Below, one piece after another: positions 15,134 to 23,017 of a stretch of 32,000 bases of DNA. Source of the stretch: Bifidobacterium longum subsp. longum JCM 1217 (GTDB lineage: Bacteria; Actinomycetota; Actinomycetes; Actinomycetales; Bifidobacteriaceae); assembly GCF_000196555.1 (NCBI RefSeq), contig NC_015067.1:30001-62000 (forward strand), read 5' to 3'. Positions within the stretch are counted from its first letter, which is position 1; each line of letters opens with the position of its first letter. The translations under genes were made by a program, and so were the position numbers. Below the pieces are notes generated by a model, which did no database searches, was not told the DNA's origin, and saw nothing but the letters and a program-made list of their open reading frames with translations.

Positions 15134-17530
15134 ATGACTGATCAGATGGTGCTGCAGACGCAGCAGTGGCTGAACAAGACATACGGGAATGATCCCCGAT
15201 TCAAGAAAATCAACCCGGACGGCAGAACTGGTTGGCCGACAATCTATGCGCTTACTCGCGCATTGCAGATTGAATTGGGCATCCAGTCCACTGCCGATAA
15301 CTTCGGTCCTTCCACCCAGCGGTTATTCAAGCAGCGGTATCCGAATGGGGTGCGGCAGCAGGCAGTTGCGGACAAGAGCACTTCCAACGTGTATTCCATC
15401 ATTCAGGGGGCGCTGTGGTGCAAGGGCTACTCCACTGGTGGCAACATCTCACAGCATTTCTACGACGGAACAGGTTCCGCGATCAGGAAGCTTAAGGCTG
15501 ATATGGGCATAGAGGGAGATTCCAGCGTAGACGTTGAGATCATGGGGGCGTTGCTCTCGATGAAGCAGTTCGTGCTGCTGGCCTCTTATGGCGGTATCGA
15601 CTCCGTCCGTAGGGCACAGCAGTTCATCAACAAAGCATATCGTCCATACACGGGCATCATTCCGACTGATGGACTGTACGGCAGGGAGATGAACACGGCT
15701 CTTATCCAGGTGCTTCAGTCGCTTGAAGGTTTTTCACCCAGTGAGGCAACGGGGAATTTCGGCAACGGAACTAGATCTCGTTTGAAAACGATAACAGCAA
15801 ATAACGCATCCTCTAATGAGTCGTGGGTCTGGCTCGCCAGCACGGCTTTGGCGTGTAATGGGATCGGGGGCGGGCCGACCTTCGTATGGACGAGCACGTT
15901 CGCCAATATCGTGAAAGCGTTCCAGGAGCGTTATGCCATTGCTGTGACGGGCTCTATTGATTCGACCACGTGGATGAGCCTGTTGACATCTAAAGGTGAT
16001 CCTGACCGTCCGTGTGTGGCCTGTGACACTAGGTTCGAAATTACCGACGCCAGGTTGGCGACGTTGAAGGCAGACGGGTATGAAATCGTGGGACGTTATC
16101 TGACGGAGCCTGGCCAGTCGTCGTTGGCGCCCAAGGATTACTTTAAGGCCATCCGTCCGGGTGAGCTCGAGCGCATCACTCGGGGCGGCATGCGGTTCTT
16201 CCCGATCTTCCAGGAGTACTCCACGAAGCTGGAGCATTTCACCCCGGCAAACGGCGCTGCTCATGCCAAGACCGCTCGTGAGGCGGCGCAGCGTCTTGGC
16301 ATCCCTCCCACCCATATCTACTTCGCTGTAGACTTCGATGCGACCGATGACCAGGTGACCAGCAATATCCTGCCATACTTCCGTGCGGTTTGTTCGTCTC
16401 TTGGTGGTGGATACGGAGTAGGGATTTACGCGTCCCGCAATATTTGTTCCCGCGTCATCGGTGCGGGATGCGCGAGTAACGCGTTTGTGTCCGACATGTC
16501 GACGGGATTCTCGGGCAATCTCGGCTTCCCCATCCCGGACGGTTGGGTCTATGACCAGTTCACCGAGATTGACGATTACAAGGGCCAGGGCTGGGATCTG
16601 GACCGTGTTGCCTATTCCGGGAAGGTATCAGCATGCGCTTCACTGTTGCCTGCCGTGCCAGTGCCTGCGCCTGATCCCGATCCCGTCTCGCCAGAAACGG
16701 ATCCGCTGCTAAGATGGGTCGCCGTCACGGAGCAGGAGTGTCGCAAAGCCCTTGCCGCTCTGGGTACCCAGGTAGCGGTTTACGAGGACAGCATCGGTCA
16801 ATTCATCCTGGAATGGCTCCGCAAACCTGAATACTGGTCGGAAGGCGGTAGCGGGACACAAGCAATGTGGCACGCATATACTCCTGAAGTTTCGACTCCG
16901 CCCGACTTGGACGCGGCGCGTGTGGTATGTGCCAATGTATGCGAAGCACAGCCTTCAATTAAAGAGAAACTGCCATCGACTCGAGATGTTGCACACATGG
17001 CTGCAACTGCTCTCGGATACCTGACATGGGGTATCGAAAACAATCCAGCCAAATATGGTCTAGGCGATTTAGGTGGCTGGCCTCTCGACTTGTTGCAGAT
17101 CTGGGGTGCCTATCGCCGTGACGGCAAGCATGCCGACTTGGCAGCATGGCTCTATAAGCACCTTGGGAAAGATGAAGGATTCGGGTACGATGACGTTCTT
17201 GCGGATGCAGATGCATGGCTAATTGCTTCTAGTATGAGGAAACGATCCGGTTCGACGGTTCTTTCTGCTGCTATGCGTGAAACGTTTAAGCAGAGTGAGA
17301 CCCATCGTATCGTTCGATTCTACGACGAACGTTTTGCATCAAGCGCAGATAATGTGGTGAGTGCATATTCAACAATGGCGGACGGTCTTGATGCACTTGG
17401 TTTGACAAATATTGGAATGAGCGAAAGCATCCTAAAAAAGGCTGCCGGTACAGACAAGCTTCCTGATAAGCAGGAAGCTGAAGTGAGTGCTCGGGCGTTC
17501 GCTGCATTCATTGATCAGCCAAGACGGTAG
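15134..17530 (+). CDS. 798-aa multidomain protein: N-terminal peptidoglycan-binding-like repeats, DUF1906 (Rv2525c-like glycoside-hydrolase-like) domain, Pro-rich linker, unknown ~270-aa C-terminal domain
   Basis: Start at the ATG at 15134 behind GAAGGAGGA. There are four PG_binding_1-like helical repeats (VLQTQQWLNKTYG...GWPTIYALTRALQIELGI etc.). The DUF1906-like core spans ~16020-16640 (LKADGYEIVGRYL...FFPIFQE...HIYFAVDFDA...GVGIYASRNICSRV...GWVYDQF). The linker is PAVPVPAPDPDPVSPETDP. No N-terminal signal peptide or TM segment is present. Confidence 0.8.
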   Translation: MTDQMVLQTQQWLNKTYGNDPRFKKINPDGRTGWPTIYALTRALQIELGIQSTADNFGPSTQRLFKQRYPNGVRQQAVADKSTSNVYSIIQGALWCKGYSTGGNISQHFYDGTGSAIRKLKADMGIEGDSSVDVEIMGALLSMKQFVLLASYGGIDSVRRAQQFINKAYRPYTGIIPTDGLYGREMNTALIQVLQSLEGFSPSEATGNFGNGTRSRLKTITANNASSNESWVWLASTALACNGIGGGPTFVWTSTFANIVKAFQERYAIAVTGSIDSTTWMSLLTSKGDPDRPCVACDTRFEITDARLATLKADGYEIVGRYLTEPGQSSLAPKDYFKAIRPGELERITRGGMRFFPIFQEYSTKLEHFTPANGAAHAKTAREAAQRLGIPPTHIYFAVDFDATDDQVTSNILPYFRAVCSSLGGGYGVGIYASRNICSRVIGAGCASNAFVSDMSTGFSGNLGFPIPDGWVYDQFTEIDDYKGQGWDLDRVAYSGKVSACASLLPAVPVPAPDPDPVSPETDPLLRWVAVTEQECRKALAALGTQVAVYEDSIGQFILEWLRKPEYWSEGGSGTQAMWHAYTPEVSTPPDLDAARVVCANVCEAQPSIKEKLPSTRDVAHMAATALGYLTWGIENNPAKYGLGDLGGWPLDLLQIWGAYRRDGKHADLAAWLYKHLGKDEGFGYDDVLADADAWLIASSMRKRSGSTVLSAAMRETFKQSETHRIVRFYDERFASSADNVVSAYSTMADGLDALGLTNIGMSESILKKAAGTDKLPDKQEAEVSARAFAAFIDQPRR

Positions 17531-17545
17531 CTCGCATAATGCATT

Positions 17546-17578
17546 ATGTGTGGGCAGATGTGTCGTCTGCCCACACAT
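17546..17578. terminator. bidirectional hairpin between convergent genes
   Basis: ATGTGTGGGCAGA (17546-17558) pairs perfectly with TCTGCCCACACAT (17566-17578), with a 7-nt loop. Confidence 0.65.
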
Positions 17579-17629
17579 TCGCTGTTGTGCTTTCGATTTG
17601 GAATTCCTCTGCCAGATACGGGGAAACTT

Positions 17630-18145
17630 CTAAAAGGCCGCTATGCCGAGGAAGAGTCCTGTAATACCGGTGGCCATCAATACGATGATGGTGATGATTC
17701 CGGCGAAGATGCGTACAGGAAGGGTTTCTTTTCCATGGTTTGATGGGCTGTCCGCAACTAATCTCATTACTCCAGCTGTAACCCAGCAAACTGCGCCCAG
17801 GACTAGTGCCAGGAATTCTCGACACCATTCCGTTTCAAGTGCGGGAATGCCGACGATTGATGACGGGTCGCTTGCCAGTCTTGGCGGAATAGCGCATAGG
17901 ATACGCTCCAATATCAGGTAAGGGGTATCAAAATGGATCAGAGTCAAAGCGAATGGGAGCTGTAGCGCCAGTCCTATCCACCACAGCGTGCGTCGGATGG
18001 TCGCGAGTCTGTCGCCCGGCCTAGTGTCCGGCTTGCCGCCTTCGCCCTCCGTCCCGGCACCGTCCGCGGGCGTGTGGTCCCCCTCGTGCGCGTCCGTCGT
18101 CCCGTCCGTGTCCCTTTCCGCGTCCATATGTCCCCCTCCGATCAT
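17630..18145 (-). CDS. 3-TM membrane protein with charged N-terminal tail (candidate immunity/holin-like partner), copy 1
   Basis: ORF 17630..18319 trimmed to M59 (MIGGGHMDAERD...), because its paralog starts at the same MIGG motif and the upstream 58 codons lie in the ppc-downstream repeat. Hydrophobic segments: TLWWIGLALQLPFALTLIHF, FLALVLGAVCWVTAGVMRLV, IFAGIITIIVLMATGITGLFLGIAAF. Confidence 0.65.
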   Translation of the reverse strand: MIGGGHMDAERDTDGTTDAHEGDHTPADGAGTEGEGGKPDTRPGDRLATIRRTLWWIGLALQLPFALTLIHFDTPYLILERILCAIPPRLASDPSSIVGIPALETEWCREFLALVLGAVCWVTAGVMRLVADSPSNHGKETLPVRIFAGIITIIVLMATGITGLFLGIAAF

Positions 18146-18320
18146 CCGAGTCTGTCGCTCGGCCCGCGCGCCCGTTCCGTGCGCGCCGTCGCCGGCCAGT
18201 CTAGGGCCGTGCGACGCGAACGGGGAGGCCCGCGCCGTCAATCGGCACGGAACCTCCCCGTTCATCAAGCGGTCGGACAGCCGCGGATCAGCCCGTGTTC
18301 CGCAGGCCGGCGGCGACACC
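18123..18320. repeat. internal copy of the ppc stop-proximal ~30 nt plus ~140-bp ppc-downstream spacer
   Basis: It aligns with 19815-20011: CCGATCATCCGAGTCTGTC.CTCGGCC...GCCAGTCTAGGGCCGTGCGACGCGAACGGGGAGGCCCGCGCCGT...TCAGCCCGTGTTC.GCAGGCC.GCGGCGAC. It includes the hairpin CGGGGAGG...CCTCCCCG. Confidence 0.85.
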
Positions 18321-19128
18321 CGAGCAGGAGTGTCACAAAGCCCCTGCCGCTCTGGGTACCCAGGTGGCGGTTTATGAGGACAGCATCGGTCAACTCATCC
18401 TGCAATGGCTCCGCAAACCTACGTACTGGTCGGAAGGTAGTTCCGGCACGCAGGCACTATGGCATGCATACACACCGGAGCCGGTTACTCCCAGCGAATT
18501 GGCCTTGTCGCGTCAGGCATGCGGTGTCGCATGTGATGCACAGCCTGTCATCAAAGGCACGCTGCCCAATCGGGACATCGCCCATATGGCTGCCACATCC
18601 TTGGGATACTTGACATGGGGCGTTACGAACGATCCAATGGACTATGGTCTCGGTGATCTGGGCGGATGGGCTCTGGATTTGCTGCAGATTTGGGGAAGCT
18701 ACCTGGCGAATACCCCGAAAGAGGACCTGGCGTCATGGCTGCACGCTCATCTCGGCGAGCAAGACGCTCGTATGGGATTCAGTTACAGCGATGTTCTCGC
18801 GGACTGTGATGCATGGTTGCTGGCGCGGTCCATGCAGAGCAATTCTTCCGAAAGGTCTTTGTCCACCGCTATGCGGGACATGTTCGCGCAAAGCGAGACG
18901 AATCGAATTAAACGGTTCTATCAGTCCCGGTTCAAGGGAAGTGCGGACAACCTGGTCATCGCATTTCGAAAGCTTGTTGATGGAATCGATCTTGGAATAT
19001 TCGATAACGTATCCGGAAGTAAAAAAGCACTGCTCATTGCGTCACATGCAGACCGACTCCCGAGTCAAGCGGAGGCTGGTATATTGGCATTATCCTATGC
19101 TGAATCTCTTGAAAATCCGAACCGTTAA
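18295..19128 (+). CDS. stand-alone paralog of the C-terminal domain of the 15134..17530 protein (5'-truncated 'orphan' module)
   Basis: From ECHKAPAALGTQVAVYEDSIGQLILQWLRKP onward it aligns with residues after the Pro-rich linker of the large protein. Shared blocks are HMAATxLGYLTWG, YGLGDLGGWxLDLLQIWG and SDVLADxDAWL. The only in-frame start is a GTG at 18295 inside ppc-derived sequence, with no SD and no upstream ATG. Confidence 0.6.
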   Translation: MFRRPAATPEQECHKAPAALGTQVAVYEDSIGQLILQWLRKPTYWSEGSSGTQALWHAYTPEPVTPSELALSRQACGVACDAQPVIKGTLPNRDIAHMAATSLGYLTWGVTNDPMDYGLGDLGGWALDLLQIWGSYLANTPKEDLASWLHAHLGEQDARMGFSYSDVLADCDAWLLARSMQSNSSERSLSTAMRDMFAQSETNRIKRFYQSRFKGSADNLVIAFRKLVDGIDLGIFDNVSGSKKALLIASHADRLPSQAEAGILALSYAESLENPNR

Positions 19129-19146
19129 TCAATCATGATTGTGATC

Positions 19147-19183
19147 GCATTGCGTGGAATGATTCAGCCATTCCACGCAATGC
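19147..19183. terminator. bidirectional hairpin between convergent genes
   Basis: GCATTGCGTGGAATG (19147-19161) pairs perfectly with CATTCCACGCAATGC (19169-19183), with a 7-nt loop. Confidence 0.65.
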
Positions 19184-19198
19184 GCCTCTGGTAAAACG

Positions 19199-19834
19199 TC
19201 ATAGAGTCATTAGAGCGGAAAGTAGCGTTATCACAAGAACGGGAAAGACCATGACCAGCACGAGAAACGATATGATTCCCACAAGGACATGCGAGGCGGA
19301 AGAGGAATGATCACGAAGTTCCGGATATACAGATCGCATATATGAACGCACGCCAAAGATGACAAGCGCCGCAATCCAGCAGACTACCCCCATAATCAAT
19401 ACTAAGGTAAGTCTACGTACATACTCAGTTGCCGTAGTTAAATTCATGCACGAAGAGGAAGAGAACGTTAAGACTCTGCAGATTATAGTATCATCATCGC
19501 CATTGGCGCCCCATTCCGCCCACAAAATAAGTGCTGGTGAAAGCAGCAGTAATCCCAGCCACCATAGCACGCGTCTGGCCTTGCCCAAAGCCACATAGCA
19601 TCTACTCGCCTTAAGGAATTTGGTAGCTGCTTTCGGTGCCAAAGCATATTTCTTGCCGGAAAAATTTTCTGACGTATCTTCCAGGCCATGTTTTTTCCCA
19701 ATGTCATCGATCATAGCCGGATTCGCTTTGCAAATGTGGCGTTCGTTTCCGGCATCGCCCTCCGCCTTGATGCCGTCCGTTGGCCCGGTGCTCCCGCGCT
19801 CATTCGATGGCTTGTCCATGTCCCCTCCGATCAT
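19199..19834 (-). CDS. 3-TM membrane protein with charged N-terminal tail, copy 2 (paralog of 17630..18145)
   Basis: 211 aa, starting MIGGDMDK. Hydrophobic segments: VLWWLGLLLLSPALILWA, LTLVLIMGVVCWIAALVIFGV, VLVGIISFLVLVMVFPVLVITLLSALMTL. It shares the RxLWWxGL and VCWxxA motifs with copy 1. Confidence 0.7.
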   Translation of the reverse strand: MIGGDMDKPSNERGSTGPTDGIKAEGDAGNERHICKANPAMIDDIGKKHGLEDTSENFSGKKYALAPKAATKFLKASRCYVALGKARRVLWWLGLLLLSPALILWAEWGANGDDDTIICRVLTFSSSSCMNLTTATEYVRRLTLVLIMGVVCWIAALVIFGVRSYMRSVYPELRDHSSSASHVLVGIISFLVLVMVFPVLVITLLSALMTL

Positions 19835-19978
19835 CCGAGTCTGTCACTCGGCCAGCGCGCCCGTTCTATGCGCGCCGTCGCCGGCCAGTCTAGGGCCGTG
19901 CGACGCGAACGGGGAGGCCCGCGCCGTTTATCGGCACGGAACCTCCCCGCTCGCTTTTCCCGATCGGTCGGCCGGGAA

Positions 19979-22732
19979 TCAGCCCGTGTTCTGCAGGCCC
20001 GCGGCGACGCCGGAGACGGTGCACAGGATGAGGTAGATGAATCCGGCCTGTTGGCTTTGCGAGAGCTCTTCCTTGTCCACCTTCTTGCGCAGCGACTTGA
20101 GCGCCAGCACCTGAGTGACGGACAGCGCGTCCACGTATGGGGAGCGGATGCGGATGGCCTGGCCGAGCACGTGACGGTGCTGCAGCGGCCACTTGTCGCC
20201 CACGATGGCCAGAACCCACTTGCGGGTGAGCTCCATCTCGTTGAGTACCTTCTCATTGAGGTCCTCGCGGTCGCCGAGGGCAAGGTACATCCTGGCGATG
20301 CGCTCATCCGTCTTGGCGATGGACATCTCGATGTTGTCGATGAAGGTGGAGAACAGCGGCCATTCCTCGTAAGCCTGACGCATGGTCTCCAGATCGCCGA
20401 ACTTCTCGCATGCGGTGCCGAGACCGTACCAGGCGGCCAGGTTGATGCGGGCCTGAGCCCAGGAGAAGATCCACGGAATCGTGCGCAGGTCGTCGAGCGA
20501 CTTGGCGCCGAGGCCACGCTTGGCCGGGCGGGAGCCGATCGGCAGCAGGCCGATTTCGGTCAGCGGCGTAACGATCGAGAACCACGGGGCAAAGCCGTCG
20601 GTGTTCAACAGGTCGAGGAAGCGGTTGTGCGCGGCCTCGTCGAGCTGAGCGGCCATGTCGGCATACTTCTCGGTCATCTCGGTGTTGCGCTTCTCCACGC
20701 TCGGCGCGGACTGCAGCAAGGTCGCCGCAGCCACGGACTCGACGTGGCGGATGGCCAGCACCGGGTTGCCGTAACGGGCGAAGATGACCTCGCCCTGCTC
20801 GGTGAGCTTGAAGCGGCACTTGACGGAACCGACCGGCTGGGCGAGCACCGCGCGGTTGGCGGGGCCGCCGCCACGACCGACGGCACCGCCGCGGCCATGG
20901 AACAGGGTCAGGTCGATGTCGTGCGACTCAGCCCATTTGGCGATGCGCTCCTGAGCGGAGTGCAGGGCCAGCGTGGCGGAGGTCGGGCCGGCGTCCTTCG
21001 AGGAGTCGGAGTAGCCGAGCATGACCTCGAGCTTGTTGCCGGTGGCCTTCAGACGAGCCTGAACCTCGGGGATCTTGATCATTTCCTCGAGCACGTCCAC
21101 CGAGTTCTGCAGATCCTCAAGCTGCTCGAACAGCGGGATCACGTCGATGGTGGGCACGTCCTCCGGGTGGGAGAAGGCCAAGCGGTTGAGCTCGTAGACA
21201 TCCTTGATGTTCTGGGCGCTCTTGGTGAAGGAGATGATGTAGCGGCGGGCGGCCTTGAGGCCGTTGCGCTTCTGGATGGCACCGAGGGCGCGGAAGGTGT
21301 CGAGCACCTCGTGCGTCATCGGCTGCAGTTCGCCGCGCTCGCCGTGCAGGCCGTGCTCGCGGATATCCGCAAGGGCGCGGGCGTGCACCACGGAGTGCTG
21401 ACGGAACTCCATCTCCACCATGTGGAAGCCGAAGGTCTCGGTCTGCCAGATCAGATCCTGCAGCGGGCCGTAAGCGGAACGCTTGGCACCGGCGGCGGCC
21501 AGCGAACGCTGGACCACCTTGAGGTCGGCGAGGAAGTCGTCGCAGGAGTGGTACATGAGGTCGGCGTCGCGCTCGATGGTGTAGTGCAGACGATCGGCCA
21601 TCACCAGCATGACCGCGCGGTGCATCTCCTTGGTGGAGATCAGGGCGGCCTTGTCGGTCAGGCGCTCGCTCATTTCCTTCTGGTGGCTCCAGAGGCTCTT
21701 GAGCTCGGCGCTCGGCGGCGTGGTCTCGGCTTCCATCGTGAGGTTGCGGCCCACGGTGCGGGTGGCTTGCTCAAGGGCGGCGATCACGTGATCGGAGAAC
21801 TTGCGGGCCACGGCGCGGCTCACCTTGGCGGTGACGTTCGGGTTACCGTCGCGGTCGGAGCCGATCCAGCTGCCCGGGTGGAAGAACGCGGGGCAAGCGG
21901 GCTCGACGAGACCGGCCTTATCGCCCAGGACCCAGTCGTCGAAGCGACGGTAGACCTTGGGGATGGTGTTGAACAGCGTGTTGTCGAAGATGTCGAGAAT
22001 CGTGTCCGCTTCCTCAACCGGGGTCGGCTTCTTCAGCGCGATCGGAGAGGTGCGGAACAGGGCGTCGATCTCGTTGTAGAGACGGCGCAGGCATTCCTTC
22101 TTATCCGAGCCGCCGAGGCGCTTGTACTCCTCAAGCAATTCGGAAACGCGGCGAATCTTGCCTTCCACGGCCTTGCGACGGGCCTCAGTGGGGTGCGCCG
22201 TGAAGACGGGGTGGAATTCGAGCTGGTTGAGCAGTTCCTTGGCCTTGGCCGGGCCAGTCTCATTGATGAGCTGGTGGTAGGCGACGGTGAGCTCGTTGAT
22301 CGGGTCGACCGCCTGGTCAACGGGCACGTTGTTCTCGCGCTCGTGGAGCACGGAAACGCGGTAGTTCTCCTCGGACAGGTTTGCCAGATGGAAATACGTG
22401 GCGAACGCGCGGGCCAGCAGCTGGGCGTCGTGCAACGTCATGTTGTCGATGACGTTCACGGCCTCCTTCAGGCCATCCTGGTCGGGGTTCGGATCCTTCA
22501 GCTCGGCGAAATGCTCGGCGCTGGCCTCCACCGCGTAATGACGCACGGTGTCGAACGTAGACAGCAGTTCGGGGTTGTATTCGCCCAGTACGTTACGCAG
22601 GATCTCAAGACACAGATCCATGTCGTACTTCAGGCTTTCGGGAAGATCATGCTCCTCCGGGCCCTTTCGGCCGGTCCCGGTAGTGACGATGGCGGCGTCA
22701 GCGGGAGTGATCTGTTCTTCAGGTGTTGCCAT
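19979..22732 (-). CDS. ppc: phosphoenolpyruvate carboxylase
   Basis: ORF 19979..22822 trimmed to the ATG at 22732 (MATPEEQ...), preceded by AAGGAGG, giving 917 aa. Conserved Ppc blocks: VFTAHPTE, GSWIGSDRDGNP, MLGYSDSSKD, FHGRGGAVGRGGGP, and the C-terminal LQNTG. Confidence 0.95.
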   Translation of the reverse strand: MATPEEQITPADAAIVTTGTGRKGPEEHDLPESLKYDMDLCLEILRNVLGEYNPELLSTFDTVRHYAVEASAEHFAELKDPNPDQDGLKEAVNVIDNMTLHDAQLLARAFATYFHLANLSEENYRVSVLHERENNVPVDQAVDPINELTVAYHQLINETGPAKAKELLNQLEFHPVFTAHPTEARRKAVEGKIRRVSELLEEYKRLGGSDKKECLRRLYNEIDALFRTSPIALKKPTPVEEADTILDIFDNTLFNTIPKVYRRFDDWVLGDKAGLVEPACPAFFHPGSWIGSDRDGNPNVTAKVSRAVARKFSDHVIAALEQATRTVGRNLTMEAETTPPSAELKSLWSHQKEMSERLTDKAALISTKEMHRAVMLVMADRLHYTIERDADLMYHSCDDFLADLKVVQRSLAAAGAKRSAYGPLQDLIWQTETFGFHMVEMEFRQHSVVHARALADIREHGLHGERGELQPMTHEVLDTFRALGAIQKRNGLKAARRYIISFTKSAQNIKDVYELNRLAFSHPEDVPTIDVIPLFEQLEDLQNSVDVLEEMIKIPEVQARLKATGNKLEVMLGYSDSSKDAGPTSATLALHSAQERIAKWAESHDIDLTLFHGRGGAVGRGGGPANRAVLAQPVGSVKCRFKLTEQGEVIFARYGNPVLAIRHVESVAAATLLQSAPSVEKRNTEMTEKYADMAAQLDEAAHNRFLDLLNTDGFAPWFSIVTPLTEIGLLPIGSRPAKRGLGAKSLDDLRTIPWIFSWAQARINLAAWYGLGTACEKFGDLETMRQAYEEWPLFSTFIDNIEMSIAKTDERIARMYLALGDREDLNEKVLNEMELTRKWVLAIVGDKWPLQHRHVLGQAIRIRSPYVDALSVTQVLALKSLRKKVDKEELSQSQQAGFIYLILCTVSGVAAGLQNTG

Positions 22733-23017
22733 ATAACCTCCTTTGCCGAATAACAGGTTGCTCGGTCTACTGGTCGTCTGCGGCTCCTCCGCAGTTGTTG
22801 AGACCAGTCGTTGCGAGCCCACAGCCCATATTCAACGTGGTTGTTGTGTGGGCAATAGTGTATCCCCGCGAAATCGCTTTTTACGTTACGAAGTCCATAT
22901 AGTGCGCCAAGTTGTCCACCTATAGAGACCGAATATCGGACAGCATATGAGACACTGTCCGATTCGCGGAAGATTTGAGCGCCTTACGATTGCTGGCGGG
23001 GAAGGCAGGGAGTAGTA

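Larger units (their letters stand above)
10156..20209. mobile_element. accessory island delimited by ~231-bp direct repeats of the ppc 3' end (no recombinase seen)
   Basis: The direct repeats at 10156-10386 and 19979-20209 are about 95% identical by eye. A third partial copy lies at 18123-18320. Interior genes look lower in G+C and are accessory in nature. No integrase or transposase ORF appears in any frame. Confidence 0.5.

Noticed and set aside
17630-18319. Full 229-aa version of the first 3-TM ORF
   Set aside because: The first 58 codons translate the repeated ppc-downstream spacer, giving an Arg/Pro/Gly-rich sequence. The paralog begins at the equivalent MIGG motif. I trimmed the start to 18145.
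8128-19978. Search for an integrase, transposase, relaxase, tRNA/tmRNA attachment site or prophage structural genes in the island
   Set aside because: No listed ORF or intergenic stretch shows tyrosine or serine recombinase, DDE or HUH motifs, or a tRNA-like cloverleaf. I therefore do not call the island an intact mobile element.
19688-22753. 1021-aa ORF on the + strand
   Set aside because: It is antisense to the unambiguous ppc gene. The translation is a Gly/Ala/Val/Arg/His/Leu-rich shadow typical of high-GC DNA, with no motifs. The opposite strand has all Ppc signatures and a strong SD.
22935-22963. 9-bp stem hairpin (ATCGGACAG / CTGTCCGAT) upstream of the ThrE gene, and similar short hairpins in the ppc leader (22770-22815)
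   Set aside because: Stems of this length with loops of 15 nt or less are expected about once or twice per window by chance. There is no flanking T-run or repeated occurrence.
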